Positions 39,567 through 51,500 of a stretch of DNA of 64,000 nucleotides are shown here, piece after piece. Source of the DNA: Vicugna vicugna (Eukaryota); the NCBI GenBank assembly GCA_013265495.1, contig MU057887.1, positions 4,181,668 through 4,245,667 on the forward strand. Direction: 5' to 3'. Under the pieces are notes generated by a model that was given only the letters and a program-made list of their open reading frames with translations, did not search any database and was not told the DNA's origin. The translations under genes were made by a program, and so were the position numbers. The stretch's first letter is position 1, and each line of letters begins with the position of its first letter.

Positions 39567-42500
39567 GTGAGGCTCGCCGCCCGGGTCCCGACAGCACAGC
39601 ACAGCATCCCCCGCCCTCCTCGCCCAACCCCCCCACCGGCGCGCTCTGAGCTGGGAGCAGGAGACCCCAGGCCCGCGGCTACTCACCCCTCCCCCGCCGC
39701 CTCCGCCGGGACCCTCCCCACCGCCCGGGCAGGGGCGGGGCCCAGGGAAGCACCGCCCTTGGGGCGAGGCCTTGCCCTCTGGATGCGGAGGCGCTGGGTC
39801 CGCCTCGTGGGCTCCCGAGCTCTGGACTCGCGGGGGCCGGGGGACTTGGTGCCCTGCGCCAGGCAGGCGGGGCGAGTCCTCGCTCATCCGGTCCGCTCTA
39901 ATGAGCCCGCTCCGCCGCAGAAGTGCCTGCGCCTGGACCCAGCCGCGCCAGTGTGGGCCGCCAAGCAGCGCGTGCTCTGCGCCCTCAACCACAGCCTCCA
40001 GGATGCCCTCAACTACGGGCTCTTTCAGCCGCCCTCCCGGGGCCGCGCCGGCAAGTTCCTGGACGAGGAGCGGCTTCTGCAGGAATACCCGCCCAACCTG
40101 GACACGCCCCTGCCCTACCTGGAGGTGAGCGGCGGGCAGGGGCGCGAAACTGGGGGCGGCAGGAGAGCGTTCAGGACGCCCCACCGAGCTCTGGGACGTG
40201 AGCTGTGGGGGGCGCGGCAGCGAGGAGCGACGGCCGTGTGGAGTTAGTGTGGAAGCGGTGGGGCGCTGTGCGTAGCGTGCGCTGTGTAGCGTGTGAAATG
40301 TGAGCAGCGGGCAGTGCCTGCGATCAGCGGCTTGTGCGGTGGGGTGTAAGCGGGAGTGAGTGCCCAGAGCGCGGTGTTGAGTAAGGCAGCCGTCGGCTGT
40401 GTGCACATCCGTGCAGTCGTCCTCCCCGTCCCCCGCCCCTTGTCTCGCTTGAAATTCTTCAAAGGGCAATCTGTCTTCCACTTTTGCTCAGCCGTTCATG
40501 ATGTAAAGGCTGTTGAGTGCCCTGTGAGCAAGGGGACCCAGACTCAGAGTTGCGGGTGGGGTCGTGGCAAGTGCAATGAGCACTGAAACAGACATTATGG
40601 TAGCTGAGCTCAAAGCTGGCTTGGCCTTCGTGGACAGTTCTACTAAGAGAGGGGGTGTCTAGGAAGCTAAGCCTGGAACCTGGTCTTGGAAGGGGACTAA
40701 GGTTTCCAGGGGATCCTGGGGATGGGAATGAGGAAGAAAGGGCACTGCAGGCGAGGGGGACAGCTGGGCATGCATCACACCTGACCTCTGTGTCGGCGGT
40801 GTCTGTGGTGGTGTGTATGGATTTGTGAGGCTGGCAGGCAGGGGTTCTGTTGTTGAGGGTGGGTGGGAGGTGGTGTGGGGCCTCAGCTGCACAGGAGTGG
40901 GCAGGACTGGGTTCTGTGCCTGCTTTCACCCACTCAGCCCAGGTGGGTGCCTTTTTCTACCTTGTTCTTACCTGAGCAGTTTCGATACAAGAGGCGAGTT
41001 TATGCCCAGAACCTCATCGATGATAAGCAGTTTGCAAAGCTTCACACGAAGGTAAGGAGGCAGCCATGGGGAGGGGACTCCAAGGTTACCTCCTGCACTA
41101 CCCCCTCCCCTCGACGCCACCGGCCATGACAAATGTTCCCCCACCCCAGCCTTGACTGGGTTTTGTGATGTCAAAAATGTCCTTTAAAATTTAGTTTCCT
41201 TCTTGAGGCCCTCCCTCAGCTTGGGGCTGACTGGTCAGTCCCTCCGGCTTTGTCCTGTCATCAGGGGCCCAGAGTAAGTGTTGAGGGTGGCTGGAGGGCT
41301 GGATGCAGACTCTGGGCACCACGGCTTTAGGATGGGTGGTCCAGTGATGGGTTCCAGTCACATCAGACTCTTGCAGACCCTTCTGGTGGGCCCCTGGTTA
41401 AGAGGTAGAGTGCGACAGGGCAGTGTCTTGGTGAGCACCTGCTGGGAGAGAAGCGAACCAGCACCTGATGTTGCTGGAGCTGTCGGGGGTGGGGAGAACA
41501 GGGAGTCCAGCCGTCAGTGGTCATCCAGGGCTGGGCATGTGTAATTAGGTGTCTCATTAGTTTTCTCTTGAGAGGGGCTATTATTATCCCATTCTGCTGA
41601 TGAAGACTCTGAGTCCCAGGGAAACTAGTGACTTGCTCATAGCTCTGCATCCATTGATTCTGGGCCTGGAACCAGATTTGTCTGACTCTGGGGTCCTGTG
41701 CCTAGGCTTGCCTATGGGGTCTTTACTCCTGGGCACCGTTGGAAGGAGGGCCTGAATCCAAATACTCTTTGCGGGGCACCTTCTGTGAATGTAGGAGGGG
41801 CAGAGTGGGGCCACAGCCCTTCCCACAAGCAGACTCCTTAAACTCCTACCCCAGGCTCCCGAGGGCCAGTGGACATTGGCTTACTGGATACTTCACTGAC
41901 AGTCTCTGGAGCCTAAGGGAGGGATCTGAGCACTCACCCCTGTGCCCCAGTGACCCCGTCGTGACCCTGGAGGATCTGTGCCAGACTTCTCTTCCCTGAG
42001 GCTTGTGGTGGGCTCTGCCACCATGGGTTCCTCCTGTAGTTACTTCTTCAAAACTGTCCTCAGTGACTCACAGGACACCGGTGACTCTTAACCTTCAGTG
42101 AGTCCCACTTGTTTTTAGGATGAGTTTCAATTCCTATCACAGCCCTGTGTCTCTGCTTGCCGGGGCCCCGGCTGACCCCACCATCACATGGCCCTGCCTC
42201 GTTTCTTCCCTCAGTTGTGAGCACTCTTCCTCCTGCTCCGCTGTCCTGACCCACGTGAGGGGGCCACTCGTTCCTATTTTTGATGCACTTTGTTTCTAGG
42301 GGGCTTGGGGCCTCTGGCCAAGGCACCTTGCCTTGTGCGTGCAGCATTGTAGCACCAGCAGTAAAGCTCAGTAAAGCTTTGCTTAGTGAATTGGTGCATG
42401 ACTGGGTGAAGGAATGAAAGGCAGTCAAAGGCATGCCACAGGAGGGGACACCAGCAGTGGGGGAGGACCTGGAGGCAGGGTCCTGCCATGGGGTGAGATA

Positions 42501-45500
42501 GTGAGGATAGTGGTCTAGAGAAGGAACAGGCCACCTCGGGAGCGATGGGGATGGGGGTTGCCCTAGGCTGGCTTCTGTCTAGGTGGCCTTGGGCTCTTCC
42601 AGGCTGGACAGGTGGGGGCACCAGGGCCAGGGAGAGGGGCCAGGGCAGCGGCGGAGGCTGGCGTAGGGAATTCACTCGGAGGGCGTGACAGGGCAACCTG
42701 GCCTTGTTTAGGGGCTGGCTGGGCTCAGGCGAACAGCTGTGCTGGGCTTGGGATGCGGGGAAGGATTTCAAGTGGCACGTGGGTCCAGCTGAGCTGGGTG
42801 TAGGACTGCAGTGGGAGGGCAGGGCTTAGGGTGACATGAGTGGAGTGACAAGGTCATGATGTAGGGTGATAGGCCAGACTGAGCAGGTGGCCTGAGGCTC
42901 ACTGGTGGAAGGTGGGTGATGGTCAGATAATGGTGGCTGTGGTGCTGGGCTGACCGGGATGCCTGGGTTTTCCAGGCAAACCTGAAGAAGTTCATGGACT
43001 ACATCCAGCTACACAGCACGGACAAGGTGGCCCGCCTGCTGGACAAGGGGCTGGACCCCAATTTCCATGATCCTGACTCGGGAGGTAAGAAGCAGAGCAG
43101 GAAAGGGTGTGGCCTTGGAATGGCCAGGACTATAATCTTCATCTGTCCCCTGAACCCAGAGTGTCCTCTGAGCCTCGCGGCCCAGCTAGACAATGCCACG
43201 GACCTACTAAAGGTGCTGAGGAATGGTGGTGCTCACCTGGACTTCCGCACTCGTGATGGGCTCACTGCTGTGCACTGTGCCACACGCCAGCGGAACGCGG
43301 CGGCTTTGACGGTCAGTGTGGACGGGGCCCTGGCCTGGAGGGGCACGTGGGCCAGGAGGGTGAGGAGGCTGGCCTGGCATGGATACTGAGGTTCCTCACC
43401 GTCAGACCCTGCTGGACCTGGGCGCTTCACCGGACTACAAGGACAGCCGCGGCCTGACGCCCCTGTACCACAGCGCCCTGGGTGGGGGAGACGCCCTCTG
43501 CTGTGAACTGCTCCTGCACGACCATGCTCAGCTGGGGACCACAGACGAGAATGGCTGGCAGGAGGTCCACCAGGTGGGCAGGGAGCATGAGGGCTGGGTC
43601 CCAGGCTTGATCTGTGGGCTTGGGGTGTGGGTTCTGTCTGGGGACCCAGCAGCACCTCCCTCGTCCCCCAGGCCTGTCGCTTTGGGCACGTGCAGCACCT
43701 GGAGCACCTACTCTTCTATGGAGCCGACATGGGAGCTCAGAACGCCTCAGGGAACACAGCCCTGCACATCTGTGCCCTCTACAACCAGGTGTGCCTGCAC
43801 GTGTGCACGTGTGTGTGTACACAGAGGTGACACTATGGAATAACTACATGTGTGTGCACATCTGACCCTGTGTGTCATTCCACAAGTGTATGTCCTGCAG
43901 AGGGCTGTGGCCTTGAAGGCCTAGGTGTGCACATCTGTTCCCTGTATGCACGTGTTACACGTGTGTGTTCTGAACAACCAGGTGTGAATTGTACGCATCT
44001 GGGTCCTCTGGGCTGGGTGGGACTGGCATGCGTATACCTGACCTGCTTGTCTCTATGCTACACATGTGTGCGCTGAACACATAGGTGTGGTTCATGCACC
44101 CTGCACACCTGTGTGCCCAAGTGCTGTTGCTCAGCTGTGAGCCCCCCACTCTGACCCTCCCATAGGAGAGCTGTGCTCGTGTCCTGCTTTTCCGTGGAGC
44201 CAACAAGGATGTCCGCAATTACAACAGCCAGACAGCCTTCCAGGTACACAAGTGTTTACAGGAGCATGAGGCTGCCTCGGGCATGCCAGTCTGTCCTTGG
44301 TCTTTCTGAGCCTTGCTTTCTTACTTGTGAGGCAGGAAGGGAGCTCTGAGCTAAGGATTGCCCAGGGTGAGGTGGAGGAAGAGCATGAGCCAGCGCCATG
44401 CCCAGTTCGCGGGGAGCATTCACTGTGAACAGTGCCCTTGGTCCCCGTCCCAGGGAAAGGAGAGGAGGGACAGAGGGCTCTGGGGCCCGGGGAGAACAGG
44501 TGTGGGCTGGCCTGCCAGAGACAGGCGGCAGGTGTAGGAGCTACGCTGGGGGCAAGACAGGTGGTCCCAGCCCCGACTGAGCTCTGGCGATGTTTCTGAG
44601 CCCTCTCTCTCTGGCCAGGTTCTGAGCACCGGATGACCTGGTGGATGGGTTTCTGTGTGGCCTGGAGTTTGTGGGGGGAGTCTGGGACCGGGTACTGGGG
44701 ACTCTGGATCATGGAGGGAGCTGGGACTGTGCTCTCAGTGGAAGCAAGGGTCATCATGGGTCTCTGAGGAGATGCGGGAAGAGCAGATCAGGCCACTGTG
44801 GTTGTCCAGTCAAGGGGGTGGAGGCTGCAGCAGCAGGCCTGCCGGGTGATGAGACGCAGGAAAGAGAGAAGGGAAGAGGGAGGGTGACAGGAGTAGGGCA
44901 GTGTGGGGTGAGGCTGAGACAGGGAAGATGGTGTGTGCAGGGCCATTAAGAGCATAGGCAGGGTGAACAGTGCACCTCAGCTTTAGCTCTGAAGGTCTCA
45001 TGTCCCAGGAGACCCCTCAGTCCCAGGCAAACTGGGGAGTGAGTTAGACAGGGGCTAGGGTCCGAGCCTGGGGCCCCCAACTGAGCAAGGCCCACATGGA
45101 GTCCAAGAAAGGGCCCTCAGGGCCAAGGGGGCGGTGAGGTCGGTGCCACTGAGCCTCCTCCCTTCTGCCCCCGCCTCCCGCAGGTGGCCATCATAGCAGG
45201 GAACTTTGAGCTGGCAGAAGTCATCAAGACCCACAGAGACTCGGACGTTGGTGAGTTCTGCCCGCCCAGGTGCCAGCTGGATGTGGGTTTCTGGGGGTTG
45301 TCGGGGCCCAACAGTCCGATGGGCAGTGGAGATGTTGCAGGGGAACCCCCCATTCCTCCAGCTCCTCCTCCTCCAGCTCTCCCAGTACAGCTGGGAGTAG
45401 TCTCAGTGGTCCGTTAGTTGCTCCTGCAGGTATGGGGAATGTGCTGAGGGCAGGCCTCTGTAGAGTGGGCAAAGGGTCAGGGTAAAGGGCACGGTTAGGT

Positions 45501-48500
45501 TAGGGCTGTGGGTTGGGGCCAGTGCTGGGTTTAGGGGTCGATTTAGGTTGAAAGTAGAGTTGAAGTTAGGGTCAAGGCTTGTCTTGTTGTTAGGGCATAT
45601 GCAGGACCAGCAGGGGACATGTGGCAGTGGAGCTCAGCCACTGACCTTCAGCCTGGAACATGGGCCAGTTTATGTGGCTGCAGCAAGTAGCAAGCCTCAG
45701 TGTGACACGATGGTGTGAGTCCTCGTGTGATGAAATCAGAACGTGGTGGTGGGGCCACATGCAGGGAAGGGCAGCAGCTGTCTCAAGCGAGGGCTCTGAG
45801 CTCTTGGCGCCCAGTGCGTCCTGGGAGCCCAGTATGTGCCCAGCAGGAAAGCCAGGGGTGCTGCCCAGTCTGGCAAGAGGAAGGGTGCAGGGAGGGCCCC
45901 ACCCCTTCCAACATCAACCATGGGTAGGGGGCTGGCCTGAACCTGAGCTCTGCTGTCCCTCTGGGTGGGCCTTTTCTCATGGAAAGAATATTTTCTGCCA
46001 GAGGCTGCCCTCTCCAGCCACCTGACCACAGAGGGGTTCCCATCTCAGCTCCCTCTGCGCTGGGCGGGCCAGGCTTTTTCTACCCATGGCTCTCTGGAAC
46101 ACAGACTCCCAGGCTCCCCTTTCTGCCATGAGTGATGTGTCCCCATTTTAAAAACCTTTGCAGTGACAGTGGACAGCAAAGGGCAAGGGCTGATCTCAGG
46201 GTTTGAATCCTGGTTGGTTCTAATGTGAGGCTGTGGCTAGGTTAGGGTTAAGACTAAGGTCCAGTTGATGTTTAAGGAGTTTTCCTGTATAGTCTTCCTT
46301 GAACAGACCTCCCTGCAGTGAGGCTTGGTTATGAGCCCCTGGTGCCCCACACAGGGTCAGGGGGCTGTGACAGTGGGTGGACTGTCCAAGGCTGCCGGCA
46401 GACCCTCAAGCCGCAGCTCCAGTAGGTGCCTGTGGAGCACATGACTGAGCTAATGAAGTGGTGTAGGCTTCAGGGAGAACTGTGATGAGGCCTGAGGTTT
46501 GCATTAGGGGTGAGAGGCTGAGCAAGGGCTCCAGTTACGCTCTGGTGGGGGCTGGTAGGGGTTTTGAAGGTGGTTGTTAGCCTGGGAGAAGCCTGGAGAA
46601 GTTTGTGGATTCATGGGGTCCTGTCTTCTGCTTGTGATGTCACTTTGGGAAAGCTGCTTGGGACCTCTGTACCTCAGTTTCTTGTAAGTAAAATATGGTC
46701 TTTTAAGGTTGTTTGCAACCCTCCCCCCGCCGGCCTCATGTGGGATTCGATTCTGTGGGTCTGGACTCTGGTGGGTAGCCTTGGTCCAGCTGGTTAGAGG
46801 GTGGGGGCTTGTCCGTGCTCAGGCTGAGGGTCAGGAAGGCCTCAGCCCCACCTCGTCTTTGGACAGGGATGCTGTGGCCCCTGGCGTCACCATTATCGCA
46901 ACTCTCCATCTGGCTGACCCAGAGTACACTCACCTGGCTGGGGTTAGGCATTTCATTCCTGAGCCAAAGTCCGTATCAGCTAGTTCCATTGCAAGCATCA
47001 GCTCTGGTGGCCGTGCACCCTCTCCTGCTCAAGTGTCTCTCTCACACACTCAGATGACACAGCCAGAGCTAGTGGGTAATGTATTCATGAGTATTTATGA
47101 TAAACTCTGTAATCTTAATTCACTCTCTCAACACCCCCCAGTGAGCGATCATTATTAGTCCATTTTTACAGAGGAGGAAACTGAGGTACGGAGGGGTTAG
47201 TGGTAGAGCCTGTCTTCAGACCCGGGCAATCCAGGGGCCCATCCTTGTTTCTCTCGCTCCCTCTGCACACATTCACTTCAAGGACACTCCCTCCATGAGT
47301 CATGTGTCCTACCCCAGCTTGGGGACCTGGGTGGGGCCTGCCCACAGAGGAGGAGCCAGAGGGAGTCTCTGCCCAGCCTTCCATCTTCCTTTTCCGTAAA
47401 GAGGAATCCCACCTGGAGGGTCTGGTAGGCTGTGACCTGTCACTCTCCAGGGGACAGGTCACTGTGAAGTCTCTCGGCAGCCCCATCACGCCTCCAGACT
47501 GGCCGGCCAGGAGCAGGGGCCCTGGCCTGGGCCAGTAGCTCTGCTCTCTCGCTTGTTGCCTTGAGCTGCTCCTCAAACAGGCTTCTCGCTGACTTGCTGT
47601 CCCCAGTGCTTTTGAAGAGTGCCCTTGGGAAGTGCTTCTCACCTGGTAAGGTACATTTGAGTCAACCAGGGATCTAGTTAAGTGTAGATTCTGACGCAGA
47701 GGGTCTGGGTGGAGCCTGAGATTTTGCATTTCTGAGGTTGAGGGGAGGCCCACACTTTACATAAAAGGAGTCTAGACTAGGGCTTGGCAAACAATGCCCC
47801 TAGGCCAAATCCAGTCCATGGTCTGTGGGGTTTTTTTTTTTTTTTCAGTTGAGGCTTTAAAATTGAGGATTTAATAGAAAGGTCTAAAAAATAAAATAAA
47901 ATTGAGGATTTAAATTCCAGTTAAAACTAAATTCATGTAACATGAAATTAACTATTTTAAATTGAATAATTCAGTGATATTTAGTATATTCACAGTGTTG
48001 TGCAACCAGCTTTATTGAATTCCAAAACATTTTCATCACCCCAAACGGAAACCCTGTATATATTAAGCGATAATTCCACATTCCCCTCTCCCTCAGTCCC
48101 TGCCAACCGTTAATATACTTTCTGTCTATAGAGATTTACCTATTCTGGATATTTCACATAAGTGGAATGACCCTTGGTGTTTGGCTTCTTTCAACAAGCT
48201 GAAGTTTACTGTAGGATGTATCACTACTTCATTCCTTTTTATGGCTGAATGATATTCCATTGTTTGTGTATGTGACACTTTGTTTATCCATTCATCCTTT
48301 GATGGACACTTGGATTGTTTCGACCTTTTGGCTATTGTGAATATTGCTGCTATGATCATGTGTGAAATGTATTTGTTTGAATAACTGTTTTCAGTTACTT
48401 TGGGCACTTAGGAGTGGAGTTGCTGGATCATATGATAATTTTATATTTGTTTTTTTGAGGAACCACCAAATTGTTTTGAACCAGTTTACACCCCCACCAG

Positions 48501-51500
48501 CAATGTGTGAGGGTTTCAAATTCTTCAAAATCTCACTGACACTTGTTATTGTCCATTTTTAAAAAATTATACACATTCTAATTGATGTGTTATCTCATTG
48601 TGGTTTTGATTTGCATACCCCTAATAGCTAATAATGCATCTTTCCATGTGCTTATTGGCCATTTGTGTATTTTCTTTGGAGACATGTCAAGTTCTTTGCT
48701 CATTTTTAAATTGTTCATAGAATAAGTTAGGAAATGTTCCTTCCTCTTCTATTTTCTGGAAGAATTTTAGAAGCATTGGTGCTAGTTTCTTTCCATATTG
48801 GATAGAATTCGTTAGTGGTGCCCTCTGATGCTGGACTTTTCTTTGTTGGGAGATTTGTGATTACTGATCCAACGTCCTCGCTTTCCATAAGGCTGTTTAG
48901 ATTTTCTATTTCTTCTTGAGTCAGTTTTGGTAATTTGTGTTTTTGTAGAAAATTTTCCATCTCCTCCAGCTTATCTAATTTGCTGGCGTACAGTGGTTCA
49001 TAGTATTCTCTTAAATTCTTTTTAATTCTATAGGATCAATAGTAATACCCCATTTTCATTTCTGATTTTAGTTATTTGTGTCTCTCTTCTATTTTTCTCT
49101 CAGTCTAGCTAAATGTTTGTCAATTTTGTTGATGTTTTCAAAGAAACAACTTTTGATCTCATTGGTTCTGTCCGTGTTTCTATTCTGTCTTTCATTTTGC
49201 TCATATAATCTGTGTTATTTCCTTCCTCTGCTAGCTTTGGGTTTGGTTTGACTTTCTTTTCCTAGTTCCATAAGATATGCAATTAGGTTATTGATTTGAG
49301 ACCTTTATTCCTTTTTAGTGTAGGTGTTTACAGCTATAAATTTGTCTCAGTATTGCTTTTGCTGTATCCCATAAGTTTTGGTATGTTGTAATTTTGTTTT
49401 TATTTTCTCAAAGTGTTTTCAGTTTTCCTTATGATTTCTACTTTGACACATTGGTTGTTTAAGAGTGTGTTGTTTAATGTTTCACATATTTGTGAATTTT
49501 CCAGTGTTTTTCTGTTCTTAATTTCTAGCTTCATTACATTGTGATTGAAGAAGATACTTTGTATGATTTCAATCTTTTAAAATTTATTGAGATTTTTTTT
49601 GTGTGACTTCGCATATGATCTATCCTGAAGAATGTTCTTTGTGTTCCATGTGCACTTGAGAATACTGTGTACTCTGCTCTTGTTTTGTGGAGTGTCCTGT
49701 ATATATTTGCAGGTCTAATTAGTTCAAGTCTTTTATATTCTTATTGATCTTCTCTCTAGATATTCTATGCATTATTGAAAGTTGGGTGTTGAAACCATAA
49801 ACATTATTGTAGAACTGTCTCTTTCTCCAAATATGTCAATGTTTCACATATTTTGATACTCTGTTGTTTGGTGCATATATATTAATAATTGTTAATCTAT
49901 TTGACTAATTGACACTTTTATCAATATATAATGTCTTTCTCTGTCTCTTGTAACACTTTTAAGTCTATTTTGTCTGACATTAATATAGCTACTTAGCTCT
50001 CTTTTGGTTACTATTTACATGAAAAAAAATCTTCATTTATTCTCTTATTTTAAGCCTACTTGTGTCTTTGGATGCTTTTGTAAACAACATATAGTTGGAT
50101 CATGTTTTTTAAATCACCATCTGCTATTTAAATAAAGTTTTATTGGAGCTCAGCCACATCATCTGCTTAAATATTGTTTGAGGCTGTTTTCTTGCTGCAG
50201 TAGAGTGCTGAGTTCTTGCAACAGGGACTGTATGGCTTGCAAAGCCTGAAATGGTTACTATCTGATTCTTTACAGAAGTTTGCCAATCCCTGGTCTAGAA
50301 AATCTTTTACAGTTTCTCTGGTTATGGTCAATTGCAGATGGCCCCATATAGTAGTAGTATGGTGAGATTTGTCACATGTGGTCTGTTCTGTCTCCCCGGA
50401 AGCCTGTGGAATGGGCAGTTCCAAGATTTGATCTGAGCATTCCCAAGACATTCATTTCGCTGACAGGATAGCTTCTACCCCTGAAGCAGTTTGGTATGTG
50501 ACCCCCAAATACAGTTTTAGTCATAGGGTGGCCAGCTGTCCTGGTTTGCCTGGGACTGAGGCAGTTCATGGGACACAGAATTTTACTTTTAAAATCCGGA
50601 AAGACTAGGCAAACCAAGATAAGGTGGTCACCCTATCTAGCTGCTCAGAGTCTCACCTGTGCCCCTCCCCCCCAGTACCATTCAGGGAAACCCCCAGCTA
50701 CGCGAAGCGGCGGCGGCTGGCTGGCCCTAGCGGCCTGGCCTCTCCTCGGCCCCTGCAGCGCTCAGCCAGTGACATCAACCTGAAGGGTGAGGTACAGCCA
50801 GCAGCTTCTCCAGGACCTTCACTGCGAAGCCTTCCCCACCAGCTGCTGCTCCAGCGGCTGCAGGAGGAGAAAGACCGGGACCGGGATGGTGACCAAGAAA
50901 ATGATGTTGGTGGCCCTGCAGCAGTCAGTGGCAGCCAGAGCAAGATCAGGTAGGAGGTGGCTGGGAGGCCCTGGCAGGGTCTGGGTAGGTGGGATGCTGG
51001 AACTGGAGCCAGGAGGAGCCAGCATGGGGAGGCAGGGAGAGGCCTAGTGGTGCTTGGCGCTTCTGCAGTGATGAGCTGAGGCTTTGAGTCAGGGGGCTCC
51101 CAGACCCCCAGATGGGCCTCGCTGGATGGGGAAGGGAAGAAGGTGAGGTCCTATGGCCTGGGGCAGTCTCCCCCATGCTGATCTCTGGTTGGAGCTGGAC
51201 TTGCCCCGAGGACAGTGGGCATCTGGTGGAGCATGCTGGGAGGAGAGGGTCTGGCCGGACCTGTGGCTTAGAAAGTCTCCTGTAGTCCTAAGGAGGAGGG
51301 TGAGTGCTGGGATGGGGCAGGGCTGTGTGACATGTGGTAAGAGGTTAGGGAACAGAGCCTCCTCTACATACGGGCTCCAAATCTGTATGTGATCCCTAGC
51401 CCAGTCCCCAAGGTGGAGTTTTGGTCTTACCCCCACCCCTCCAGCCCTGTATAACCATAGGACTCCATGGTTCTTCTCTTTACCCCTCACCACAATGCTG

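Larger units (their letters stand above)
38230..40440 (+). promoter_or_regulatory. SHANK3 5' CpG-rich region (promoter, exons 1-2, start of intron 2)
   Basis: High CpG density; interrupted by an N gap. Confidence 0.8.

Noticed and set aside
39087..40481. 464-aa antisense ORF and other long ORFs spanning N runs (38906..39649, 53346..54284 etc.)
   Set aside because: Length inflated by N gaps and CpG-island composition; no recognisable protein.
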